Origin: an uncultured bacterium
GTDB taxonomy: Bacteria > B130-G9
Reading direction: 5' to 3'
DNA length: 64,000 bases
Assembly: GCA_965372715.1 (NCBI GenBank)
Contig: CBDVDH010000007.1
Location: 18,580-82,579 of the forward strand
The notes below the pieces were generated by a model, which saw nothing but the letters and a program-made list of their open reading frames with translations, was not told the origin of the DNA and made no database searches. The stretch's first letter is position 1; each line of letters opens with the position of its first letter. Shown here piece by piece: positions 32,567 through 41,432 of the stretch. The translations under genes were made by a program, and so were the position numbers.

Positions 32567-33310
32567 TCATGCCCCTGCTCGATGGAAAACGGTCAGTAGT
32601 TCCTTGATGCTGCTTATCGTGAAATCAGGGCTCACGTCACCTGTCTCATTGATGCGATAGTGCTTCTGCTGGCGGGAAAGAACCGTCAACATGCCGATTC
32701 TCGCCGCCGGCGCGATGTCCCAAGCGATCCTATCACCGACAATCGCCGCCTGGTGTGGCCGAACGGCCGCCATCTCGCACGCCTTCTCGTATAGGGCGGT
32801 GTCCGGCTTGTGAAGGCCGACCTCGTCGGAGATTACGATGTGTTCGAGGAGGCCGATCAGGCCGGCCTCCGTCAGCTGCCTCCTCTGCGTCTGCCCGTTA
32901 CCCTCTGTGATTACGCCAAGAGGGTATCGCCTGCCGAGCTCCGCCAGCACCTCTTTCGTGCCGGGATATAGCTTGATGCCCTCCAGTCTGTATCGTGAGT
33001 ATTCCTCGCCGACGTCATTGAAACGTTCGACCAGCCCTGGGCCAACGCTTCTCAGGAACATCTCGAATCTTGCCCTGCGGTCTTTGAGCAGCGTTCGAGG
33101 GACCTCGCCCCTTGCGTCCTTGTTCTCGAGGTCTTCCAGAAAGTCCCACTGCGCGCGCAGGAACGCGTCGAGCTCCAGCGAGCAGCCATCCCCAATGACC
33201 TCCCACAGCTTCGTCATCGCGTAATCAACCGACGCCTCGTAATCCGTGAGCGTTCCATCAAGATCGAAGAATATCACTCTTGTCTTCGATACGTCAGGCG
33301 GTCTGTGCAA
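32567..33310 (-). CDS. HAD family hydrolase/phosphatase
   Basis: VIFFDLDGTLTD (motif I), plus motif II/III residues. Confidence 0.8.
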   Translation of the reverse strand: MHRPPDVSKTRVIFFDLDGTLTDYEASVDYAMTKLWEVIGDGCSLELDAFLRAQWDFLEDLENKDARGEVPRTLLKDRRARFEMFLRSVGPGLVERFNDVGEEYSRYRLEGIKLYPGTKEVLAELGRRYPLGVITEGNGQTQRRQLTEAGLIGLLEHIVISDEVGLHKPDTALYEKACEMAAVRPHQAAIVGDRIAWDIAPAARIGMLTVLSRQQKHYRINETGDVSPDFTISSIKELLTVFHRAGA

Positions 33311-33342
33311 CTGAGTGGCTCCGACTCCAATCTCTCTGTCTG

Positions 33343-34542
33343 TTAGATACCCGGCGCGAGTTCTTTCAGAAATGAGGCGAGCTTTTCCGCCCGTTTTCGC
33401 CAGGTATGCTGCATGGCGGTCTCGTAACCATTGCTTGTGAGAGTCAACGCTAGCTTACTGTCGAATGCAACCGTCTTGATGCCTTCCGCAAGCGCTTTTG
33501 GGTCATCAGGGCTGACGAGATACGCGTTCTCGCGGTGCCTCAGTATCTCCCGCAGCGCAGGCACGTCGCTGGCAACGACCGGGATTCCGGCGGCGAGATA
33601 CTGGAACAGCTTGAGGGGGCAGGTAAAGAAGAGCGGCTCGGCCGAATGCTGAGCAGGAAGCGTAATTGCCGCGGCAGCGAACTTATGTGAAGTCAGGAAA
33701 GGCATGACGTCCCCGGGTGGGAGATAGCCCGTGAGCGAGAGGCTGCCCTCTGGCAGGGGATGGGTCCTCAGCGGGTCCGAGGCGCCGGCGCCCTCTGCCG
33801 CCACGCCGCCTCCGACGACAACGAGCTGGAATTCCTCGAGCAAACGCATGGCGCGGAACAACGCATCAGTGCCCTTCCAGCCGCCGAGACTGCCGACATA
33901 GACGATCCGCAGGCGGCCATGCCCATTCTCTTCAGGCGCCGACCCCGGCTCACCGTCCGCCGCCAGCCGGACTGGCTCAGGCCCGCCATTTCTGGCGACT
34001 ATGACGTCCCGTTCCCGACCGAAAAGCGTCCGAGAAAGCGCGGCAACAGCTTCCGATGTGCACACAAGTCCCCGGGCCCTCCGTAAGACTTCGCTCTCCG
34101 CCCTAAACGTGCGCAACACCTTGCGCGGAACTTGCCTCGCCGAAAGGCCCGCCAGTCGCGCCTCGTCCGAGACAACCATAAAAGCGATCTTGTGCGCCTC
34201 ATAAACGAGAGGCGTCCCAGTGCGCTTGCTCAACGGCAGGAGCATTCTCGCCGTTCTGAGATTCCTACAGAACAGGATTGTGCTGCTGGATGACTTCGTG
34301 CGGATTGCGGTCCGGACCGCGTGCGTGATACTGCGTTTAGGGCTGGTGGTGATGAACATGTTCTTGGGCCATTCAAGCCCATAGAAACTGGCAAGCTCGG
34401 AGGCGTTTTGGCTGTCGCATTTCTCAACCACGAGATTCACGTCGGTCCCCGCACTGGCCAGACTGACGCAGGTGTTGACCACCTGGATAGCTCTGGCATT
34501 TTCCCCCGGGATTGTCGCCTCGTGAACGTAGATCAGCGTCAT
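33343..34542 (-). CDS. glycosyltransferase family 4 (GT-B)
   Basis: 399 aa with a GT1/GT4 C-terminal EX7E-like region. Confidence 0.8.
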   Translation of the reverse strand: MTLIYVHEATIPGENARAIQVVNTCVSLASAGTDVNLVVEKCDSQNASELASFYGLEWPKNMFITTSPKRSITHAVRTAIRTKSSSSTILFCRNLRTARMLLPLSKRTGTPLVYEAHKIAFMVVSDEARLAGLSARQVPRKVLRTFRAESEVLRRARGLVCTSEAVAALSRTLFGRERDVIVARNGGPEPVRLAADGEPGSAPEENGHGRLRIVYVGSLGGWKGTDALFRAMRLLEEFQLVVVGGGVAAEGAGASDPLRTHPLPEGSLSLTGYLPPGDVMPFLTSHKFAAAAITLPAQHSAEPLFFTCPLKLFQYLAAGIPVVASDVPALREILRHRENAYLVSPDDPKALAEGIKTVAFDSKLALTLTSNGYETAMQHTWRKRAEKLASFLKELAPGI

Positions 34543-34548
34543 GCTGAA

Positions 34549-35649
34549 TCAGTGGCCCAGGAGTCGCTTATGACCGGGCAAGAATGGCGACGAGCTACCC
34601 CCATACTTGACGCTCATATACCTGGCGCGGAGCGCAAGTCCCATCGCGACTGCGAAGATCGGCGAGGCAGGCGTCATCGAGTCCTTGGACAGGCTCCTGA
34701 ATTGATGCGCCAAACCACGAAACGGGTCCAGGACCGTCAGACCGTATCTGAAAACCGGCGATAGGGCCTCCACGAGGCGAGGAAGCGCCGCGGCGCCGCC
34801 GCACACAAGCATCCTGTCGAAGTACCAAGTTTGTGAGTGGAGCCTTGCGCGCCATATCAAATCCCTGATGCGGCTTACAAAGGTACCTATATCACTCTGG
34901 ACGCTTTTGACCGCGTAGTCGGGGTCGAGTCCGGCCGCTTCTCGACCGGACAAGAGCGCAACCGCTGGCCACAGCGCAACGCCGAGCTTCTTTTGAAGCG
35001 CAGAGATGACAGAACGGCAGCCAACATCCATCTCGTCGTAGAAGAAGAAGCCGCCTTCCTTGAGTAGGATCATCTTCGTCGAAGACTCCCCGATGTCCAG
35101 TATCCCCATCAATTTGTCGTCGGAACGTAGTGAGGCTCGCTGGTAGGTCGCCGCTAGCGCAAGCCCCGCCGCCTCGAACTCGACCGGATTCTTGTGCGAG
35201 GACATCAGTACCTCGTCGTAGAAGTCGCACATCGATTGCCTAATCCCGACGAAAGCGACCTCGCTGCCCTCCGCCTTCGGATTAAGCACGGGATTCGTCG
35301 TAGTGAACCCCTTGATGTAGCGTTGCCCGTTCTGCGGCAAGTACTGCTCTGACTCTGCCTCGGCCGCTGACGCAAGATCGCCCCTCGAAAGCCCCGTCAA
35401 GTCGATGCGCTTCAGGACGACGTTTGGCCCGCCATAGACGCCCAGCGCCGACTGAGCCGTCCGCCTCAGGCGCCGCGGGAAGATATGCTTCAAAGTCCTT
35501 ATCAGCATCTGCCGCCCAGGAACCTTGTCTCTCGGTATCTCTATGCAGATACCCGATGACATGGTTCGCCCCTTACGCGGGTCGTAACGAAGCTCGACTA
35601 GCTTCACCAAGTGGTGGCCGATGTCTATGCCAAAAGTACTCTTATGCAT
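34549..35649 (-). CDS. actin-like ATPase, PilM/FtsA-like
   Basis: FGIDIGHHLVKLVEL, AEAESEQYLP, ILDIGESSTKMILL and VCGGAAALPRLVEAL correspond to the PilM phosphate/adenosine motifs. Confidence 0.55.
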   Translation of the reverse strand: MHKSTFGIDIGHHLVKLVELRYDPRKGRTMSSGICIEIPRDKVPGRQMLIRTLKHIFPRRLRRTAQSALGVYGGPNVVLKRIDLTGLSRGDLASAAEAESEQYLPQNGQRYIKGFTTTNPVLNPKAEGSEVAFVGIRQSMCDFYDEVLMSSHKNPVEFEAAGLALAATYQRASLRSDDKLMGILDIGESSTKMILLKEGGFFFYDEMDVGCRSVISALQKKLGVALWPAVALLSGREAAGLDPDYAVKSVQSDIGTFVSRIRDLIWRARLHSQTWYFDRMLVCGGAAALPRLVEALSPVFRYGLTVLDPFRGLAHQFRSLSKDSMTPASPIFAVAMGLALRARYMSVKYGGSSSPFLPGHKRLLGH

Positions 35650-35749
35650 CTCACCATTATTTATCGTCAGTTTTCAAAAACAAACAAGCCGAGATCGCGA
35701 TAGCTTGCGCCTTATCGCAGAGTCAGCAAACGGCGAGGGAAAACCCCTC

Positions 35750-36550
35750 TTACGTTCCGGTTGACTCGTAGCGGGCGAGGCCTGCCTTCCAGAAGCGTGA
35801 GGCGACGAGGACGAAAGCGAGTGCGACGAGCGGCGCCAGGCCAGCCATGTTCAGGAACTCGCCGCGATCCAGAATGACTGTTGCGGGGTAAAACGCGACG
35901 AAGGCAAACGGAACGAGCCACGTCAAGAACAGACGGATGCCGAGCGGGTAGATTGTAACCGGGAATCGCGAGAAATCGCTGATTGGAAACAGTGGAGAGA
36001 AAAACCCGGCCCGGTCAATTACCCAGAAGGACAATGAGGCGAATATCGTGAAGACCGAGGAGTAGATTGCGACCGCGCTCAGGCAGAGTAGAGCGGTTAT
36101 TAGCAGGTGAGCCACGGAGAGGTCGAGCGAGAGCTGCGAGGAGGCGTAGATGACGATGCCGATGCCCTTTATGACGATGATTATGTCCTTGAAGTTGAAG
36201 CCTTCGGCGGCCAGCTGGAGGTAGGTCGGCGCCGGCCGAGTGAGTATCTGATCGAGCTTTCCCTCGACGATGTAGTGCGACGGCACGCGATATAGGAACG
36301 TGAAGAACATGGCAAACACGCCGAAGTTGAGCTCGCCCAGTCCGTAGATCAGCAGGAGCTCGTTAAACGACCAGCCCAGAAGCGTCGGAATCCTGGAGCA
36401 TATCGCATACAGAAGCGAGATGTTCATTACGCCGAACGCCACCGTGGACACCGTGCTTATGAAGAAGTCGAACCGATAAGCCATTGATACCTTCACGCGC
36501 TGCGCAAAAAAGGAAGCGAGCAGATGGAAAGTCCGGCAGATGGTTTTCAT
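35750..36550 (-). CDS. ABC-2 family transporter permease
   Basis: 266-aa polytopic protein, partnered with a second permease and an ATPase. Confidence 0.7.
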   Translation of the reverse strand: MKTICRTFHLLASFFAQRVKVSMAYRFDFFISTVSTVAFGVMNISLLYAICSRIPTLLGWSFNELLLIYGLGELNFGVFAMFFTFLYRVPSHYIVEGKLDQILTRPAPTYLQLAAEGFNFKDIIIVIKGIGIVIYASSQLSLDLSVAHLLITALLCLSAVAIYSSVFTIFASLSFWVIDRAGFFSPLFPISDFSRFPVTIYPLGIRLFLTWLVPFAFVAFYPATVILDRGEFLNMAGLAPLVALAFVLVASRFWKAGLARYESTGT

Positions 36551-36580
36551 TGCTTGGCTACTTCCACGTCTGTGAGCCTC

Positions 36581-37375
36581 TCACCCGCCGTGGATGGTGA
36601 GGCGCCTGGCGCCGATTACGTAAAGGATGTGTCCGAGAGTAAGCATCCCGATTAACCATAGGATTCCTGTTAGAAGCGCTGGGATTATCTCCCCGACTGG
36701 GATACGTCCCAGGTAGATTTGAATCGGTAAGAAATAGATATATCTGAACGGCGAATAGAGCAGAAAAGATGCGATTTTCTCAGGGAAGAAATCGAGCGGA
36801 ATCAAGAGTCCCGCCAGCAATCGGACAGTCATGTCAACGGTCCACGAGAGCTCGACGTTGTATTCAATAAAAAACGCAGCGATGCCCACCAGCAGGTAGA
36901 TTGAGAATGTCATCAGGTATCCGATTGCGATGCTGGCAGCAAGGAACGCCCAGTTGCCGAGGTCCTTCGGGGGTGAGACATCGAGGACTGTTGCGCTGAA
37001 TACAACGAGCGGGACCGATATGATTACTGCTCGGCCCATTGACCTCCCCAGTCCTTGCCAGAACACGAGCGCCGGGTAATAGACGGGTCTCATCAAGTCC
37101 AGCGCGATGTCGCCGGAGCGAACACGGCTGCCGATAAGCCGGTCGGTCTGCGTGTTGAAGGCCGATCTGAGCAGCCAGGCTATGCCCATGTAAGTGATCG
37201 CTTGAGCGACGGTGTATCCGGCAACCGTGTCAGCGTTCTTGAAAATGGCGGAATACAGGCAGTAGTTGGCGAGCATGATGACGGGGTATGCGGACAGCAT
37301 CATTAGTGGCTTCAGACGAAAGGCGACGGTCTCAAGCACGCCGACCTTGATGAGCGACCCGGCGAGGCTACGCAT
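36581..37375 (-). CDS. ABC-2 family transporter permease
   Basis: 264-aa polytopic protein. Confidence 0.7.
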   Translation of the reverse strand: MRSLAGSLIKVGVLETVAFRLKPLMMLSAYPVIMLANYCLYSAIFKNADTVAGYTVAQAITYMGIAWLLRSAFNTQTDRLIGSRVRSGDIALDLMRPVYYPALVFWQGLGRSMGRAVIISVPLVVFSATVLDVSPPKDLGNWAFLAASIAIGYLMTFSIYLLVGIAAFFIEYNVELSWTVDMTVRLLAGLLIPLDFFPEKIASFLLYSPFRYIYFLPIQIYLGRIPVGEIIPALLTGILWLIGMLTLGHILYVIGARRLTIHGG

Positions 37376-38381
37376 CGATCCGCTCCTTGCCTTCGTATAT
37401 ACGTCGCACGATTTCAGAGAGATCGGGGCCCTTCAGGACGATGTCTTTGACCGGGAACCTCGACAGGAGCATCCTGACGAGGTCGCTCGGCGCGATTGCC
37501 TCGACCTCAAAGCTCAGCCCAACCTGCTCGGGAGTTATCTGCTCGAGTTCAAGCGGCTTGCCATCGAACAGATTGGAGACGGCCGACGCCGGCACTTCAC
37601 GGTGGAAGTCGATGATCGCCTTTCTCGTCTTACCCAGCTTCCCCTTGATGCTCCTGACGAGTCCGTCGAAGATTATGCGTCCCTTGTCAATTATGATGAT
37701 CCTTTCGCACAGGTCCTCGATATCCGCCAAATCGTGCGTCGTGAGCAGGATCGTTTTGCCTCGCGCCGACGCGAGGTGACGGATGGCGTCTCGCACTCTG
37801 AACTTCGCTGAGACGTCCAGGCCAATCGTCGGCTCATCGAGGAACAGAATCGGCGGGTCGTGGATCATGGAGGCTGCGAAATCACACCGCATCCGCTCCC
37901 CCAGGCTGAGCTTCCTCGTAGGCTTCGAGAGTAGCGGCGCCAGGTCCAGAAGCGTTGTCAGCTCCTCGAGGCGCCTGTTGTAGTCATGTTTCTCGACGCG
38001 GTAGATTTTTCGTAGGAGATTGAGGGTCTCGATGACGGCGATGTCCCAATAGAGCTGCGTCCGCTGGCCGAAGATCACGCCGATGTTCCGCGTGTGTCTC
38101 CTCCGCTGCTCCCAGGGCACAAGCCCATTTATGACTGCTCTTCCCGACGTCGGCCGCAAGATACCCGTCAGCATCTTGATCGTGGTTGACTTGCCCGCGC
38201 CGTTAGCGCCGATATAGCCGACGATCTCGCCCCTTCCAACCTCGAACGAGACGGCGTCAACCGCCACCGTCCGCGAATACCGGCGGTTGACTAGGTCCAA
38301 AGCCGCGCCCAAGAGCCCCTCGCGCCTCGCAAAGGTCCGATAGACTTTGGTCAGATTCTCAGCAACTATCGTTCTGGTCAT
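37368..38381 (-). CDS. ABC transporter ATP-binding protein
   Basis: GANGAGKSTTIKML (Walker A), LSLGERMRCDFA (signature) and ILFLDEPTIGLD (Walker B). Confidence 0.9.
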   Translation of the reverse strand: MTRTIVAENLTKVYRTFARREGLLGAALDLVNRRYSRTVAVDAVSFEVGRGEIVGYIGANGAGKSTTIKMLTGILRPTSGRAVINGLVPWEQRRRHTRNIGVIFGQRTQLYWDIAVIETLNLLRKIYRVEKHDYNRRLEELTTLLDLAPLLSKPTRKLSLGERMRCDFAASMIHDPPILFLDEPTIGLDVSAKFRVRDAIRHLASARGKTILLTTHDLADIEDLCERIIIIDKGRIIFDGLVRSIKGKLGKTRKAIIDFHREVPASAVSNLFDGKPLELEQITPEQVGLSFEVEAIAPSDLVRMLLSRFPVKDIVLKGPDLSEIVRRIYEGKERIDA

Positions 38382-38574
38382 ATTCTGTCATATCAGCAAA
38401 AGGGAGGCCAGCTGCGGCACGTTCAGCGTTTCTTGATTTCCGGGATATTAGCCAGGTGCATTTCAGCACGCAAGCTTAAGACATGCTCTTGGCGGCAATT
38501 CCCAGTATGGCTGTTGACGTTGAGGTTAGGCTGACTAGAATAAGATCGACATTGGCATTTCATAGGGGTCGAGG

Positions 38575-39630
38575 TTGATGCTGCAGGAGGGACAGTTCTA
38601 CAACGAAGATTGCATCGAGGGCTGCAAGAGACGCATCCCCGGTGATTCGGTTGATCTGATAATCACGGACCCGCCCTACGGGATCGACGGCGACCGGCTT
38701 CACAAGCACTACAATCGCAAGGAGGGTTTCGTGCTCGACGGCTACGTCGAGGTCCCAGCCGATGAATATGCTGATTTCAGCATGGCCTGGATACAACAGG
38801 CGGCGCGCATTCTGAGGCCCGGCGGCTCAATCTACATCGTGTCGGGCTATACGAATCTCATCCACATCCTGAATGCCCTGCGTGCCACGTGCCTGAAAGA
38901 GGTCAACCACATCATCTGGAAATACAACTTCGGCGTTTTCACCAAACGGAAATACATCTCATCGCACTATCACATTCTCTACTACGTGAAACCCGGCGGC
39001 AGAGTGACCTTCAATACACACAGCCGATACGGCGCTGACGAACGAGACGACGACCATGGCTCTTTGAATTATCGGGACAGAGAGGACGTCTGGATAATCA
39101 ACAGGGAATACAAGCCCGGCCAGCGTAAGAACAAGAACGAGCTCCCTAAGCAGCTGCTGATTAAGCTCATACAATACAGCAGCAACGAGGGGGACCTCGT
39201 CTGCGACCTATTCCTGGGCAGCTTCTCTACCGCGAAGGTCGCCATCGGCCTCAACAGACGTGCGATGGGCTTCGAGAAGAGCAAGGTCGCGTTTGACTAT
39301 CAGATTGACCAGGTGTCCAAGGTCGAACCGGGCTCCCTACTTCCGAGTTTGAGGAGCCCTCAGCAGAGCAAGCTTCCCAATCAAGGCAGGCCCTGGACCG
39401 AGGCGGAGAAGCAGCGGCTTTGGCAGCGCTACCAAAGCCTGATCCGCATGCACCGCGTAAAGAAGAAGGTCATCAAGCTTCTAACCGAGGAATTTGGTCG
39501 GGGGAGGTTCGCCCTATCAAAGGTCATCCATGAGATGCATGGGGCCGCAACTGAGGAGGAGCAGCATTCTACGGTTGAGCGATCTGGCGAACTCGTTTAC
39601 CGCTCAGGCAGACATTCCCAGATTCCTTGA
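38575..39630 (+). CDS. beta-class DNA methyltransferase (N6-adenine/N4-cytosine, CcrM/HinfI-like), apparently solitary
   Basis: NEDCIEGCKRIPGDSVDLIITDPPYGI (motif IV) at the N-terminus, LVCDLFLGSFSTAKVA (motif I FxGxG) later, and a ~100-aa C-terminal extension. Confidence 0.85.
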   Translation: MMLQEGQFYNEDCIEGCKRRIPGDSVDLIITDPPYGIDGDRLHKHYNRKEGFVLDGYVEVPADEYADFSMAWIQQAARILRPGGSIYIVSGYTNLIHILNALRATCLKEVNHIIWKYNFGVFTKRKYISSHYHILYYVKPGGRVTFNTHSRYGADERDDDHGSLNYRDREDVWIINREYKPGQRKNKNELPKQLLIKLIQYSSNEGDLVCDLFLGSFSTAKVAIGLNRRAMGFEKSKVAFDYQIDQVSKVEPGSLLPSLRSPQQSKLPNQGRPWTEAEKQRLWQRYQSLIRMHRVKKKVIKLLTEEFGRGRFALSKVIHEMHGAATEEEQHSTVERSGELVYRSGRHSQIP

Positions 39631-39635
39631 TTTTG

Positions 39636-39713
39636 AATCTGTGTAATCTGCGGATGAGTTCTCCTAGCGCATCTGAGAAGCTAGGTCCACAGATTACGCA
39701 GATTACACAGATT
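39636..39713. terminator. bidirectional terminator-like long hairpin between the methyltransferase and GxxExxY genes
   Basis: 17-bp stem AATCTGTGTAATCTGCG / CGCAGATTACACAGATT (39636-39652 with 39697-39713) enclosing an inner hairpin CCTAGC...GCTAGG. Confidence 0.5.
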
Positions 39714-40083
39714 AGGTGAGGATGAAACGGCGGTATTGGAGCGATTTCTGGCCGAAGTTGAGAATCAGGCCGACGGCCAGACCTGAGGCTTTCAAATAAT
39801 TGAGTATCTGCGCCTCGTGCACACCTGTGATCATATCGACGGCCTTCAGCTCAACTATGACTGAGTCAAAACAGACGAAATCAGCCTTGTATTGCGTGTT
39901 GAGCTGCTTCCCCTTATACAACACCGGCAGCCCAACCTCCCGCTTATTCGGTATCCTCCTCTCCGTGAGTTCCGATGCCAACGCCTCTTGATACACTGTC
40001 TCCAGGAATCCGCAACCCAGCTCGCGGTGCACCTCCATCGCGGCGCCAATAATCGCATAGGTGTCAGGATCCTCCTTGTTCAT
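39712..40083 (-). CDS. GxxExxY family protein
   Basis: IIGAAMEVHRELGCGFLETVYQEAL is the GxxExxY signature. 123 aa. Confidence 0.8.
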   Translation of the reverse strand: MNKEDPDTYAIIGAAMEVHRELGCGFLETVYQEALASELTERRIPNKREVGLPVLYKGKQLNTQYKADFVCFDSVIVELKAVDMITGVHEAQILNYLKASGLAVGLILNFGQKSLQYRRFILT

Positions 40084-40108
40084 AACTCGGTGCGAACTTG
40101 CTCTGCCT

Positions 40109-40135
40109 AATCTGTGTAATCTGCGTAATCTGCGG
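40109..40135. repeat. TAATCTGYG repeat copy (inverted relative to 39688-39713)
   Basis: AATCTGTGTAATCTGCGTAATCTGCGG lies upstream of the GxxExxY start. Its reverse complement sits at the gene's 3' end. Confidence 0.6.
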
Positions 40136-40153
40136 ACAAATCAATACCAGGAA

Positions 40154-41314
40154 TCACCCCGGAAACAGCGGGGACATCTTGCGGAGCTCGTCGATGATGG
40201 GGGGGAGGACCTCGAGGACGTAATCCACATCGTCTTGGGTGTTCATTCGACCCAGGCTGAACCTGATGGCGCCGTGCACGTGCTGCGGCTCGATGCCCAT
40301 CGCGGTCAACACGGGCGAGGGCTCCAGCGACTCAGACGAGCATGCCGAGCCTGTCGATACGCATACGCCTTTTGCGCTTAAGCGCAGCAGTATGGATTCA
40401 CCCTCGATGTATTCGAAGCGGATGTTGGCCGTGGAACAGAGCCGCTTCTCGGGATGCCCGTTCAGCGTCGTGTGCGGGATTCTTTCTTGGATGCCCTTCT
40501 CCAGCTTGTCTCGGAGCTCGCAGATGCTAGTCGGTTCGGCGCCGCAATGCTCTGAGACGAGCTTGCACGCCTCGCCGAGCGCCACGATGCCAACCACGTT
40601 CTCGGTCCCGGCCCTTCTGCCTCGCTCCTGGTGGCCGCCGTGCATGAGTTGCCCGATCTTCACGCCCGACTTGATGTAGAGCGCCCCACAGCCCTTCAAC
40701 GCGTATATCTTGTGCCCAGAGATGGCCATCATATCGACGCCGAGCTTATTCACGTCCAGCGGGACCTTGCCGAGGCTCTGGACGGCGTCCGTGTGCATCA
40801 GAACGCCGGCCTCGCGCGCGATCTTCGCTATCTCTGCAATCGGCTGAATCGTCCCAACCTCGTTATTCGAGTGCATCACTGAGACGATGACGGTCTCGGG
40901 CCGTATCGCCCGCTTCACGTCGTCAGGATCGACCATTGCATATTGATCCACGGGCAAAAACGTAACGTCGATGCCTTGCCTCATAAGGAACTTGCACGTG
41001 TTGCGAACCGCCTCGTGCTCAATACTCGACGTTATGACGTGTTTCTTGTCGTTCTTTGATGCGCTAATGGCCCCCTTAATCGCCCAATTGTCCGCCTCGG
41101 TTCCGCTGGATGTGAAGAAAATCTCCTCCTTCTTCGCGCCGACCGCGGCAGCCACGTGCTTTCTCGCCTCGTCCAGCGCGGCCTTCACTGGCCTGCCTGC
41201 CTCGTGAATGGATGACGGGTTGCCAAACCGCTCACCGAGATAGGGAAGAGTTGCATCCCTTACCCTGGGATCGACGGGCGTCGTTCCGTTGTTGTCAAGA
41301 TACACCATTCTCAT
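40154..41314 (-). CDS. cysteine desulfurase (class V aminotransferase, NifS/IscS-like)
   Basis: MRMVYLDNNGTTPVDP, a PLP-lysine region SGHKIYALKG, and the active-site Cys region. GGAGG RBS before the MRMV ATG; the track ORF begins at 41416. Confidence 0.9.
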   Translation of the reverse strand: MRMVYLDNNGTTPVDPRVRDATLPYLGERFGNPSSIHEAGRPVKAALDEARKHVAAAVGAKKEEIFFTSSGTEADNWAIKGAISASKNDKKHVITSSIEHEAVRNTCKFLMRQGIDVTFLPVDQYAMVDPDDVKRAIRPETVIVSVMHSNNEVGTIQPIAEIAKIAREAGVLMHTDAVQSLGKVPLDVNKLGVDMMAISGHKIYALKGCGALYIKSGVKIGQLMHGGHQERGRRAGTENVVGIVALGEACKLVSEHCGAEPTSICELRDKLEKGIQERIPHTTLNGHPEKRLCSTANIRFEYIEGESILLRLSAKGVCVSTGSACSSESLEPSPVLTAMGIEPQHVHGAIRFSLGRMNTQDDVDYVLEVLPPIIDELRKMSPLFPG

Positions 41315-41432
41315 TTTAAGCCTCCTTGACGGCGAATTGACTTTCGTCCAAAGTCTAATCGAGATATCAGTCTCCAACTTCCACATTAGCACGGGGTCTG
41401 GAATTCGCAATTCCAAGCTGGAGGGCAGCGAG

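Noticed and set aside
32040-32570. 176-aa minus-strand ORF spanning the DPPR-synthase/HAD spacer
   Set aside because: Composition and sequence are not protein-like. The DNA is dominated by palindromes and hairpins. Treated as non-coding, although real coding cannot be fully excluded without homology search.
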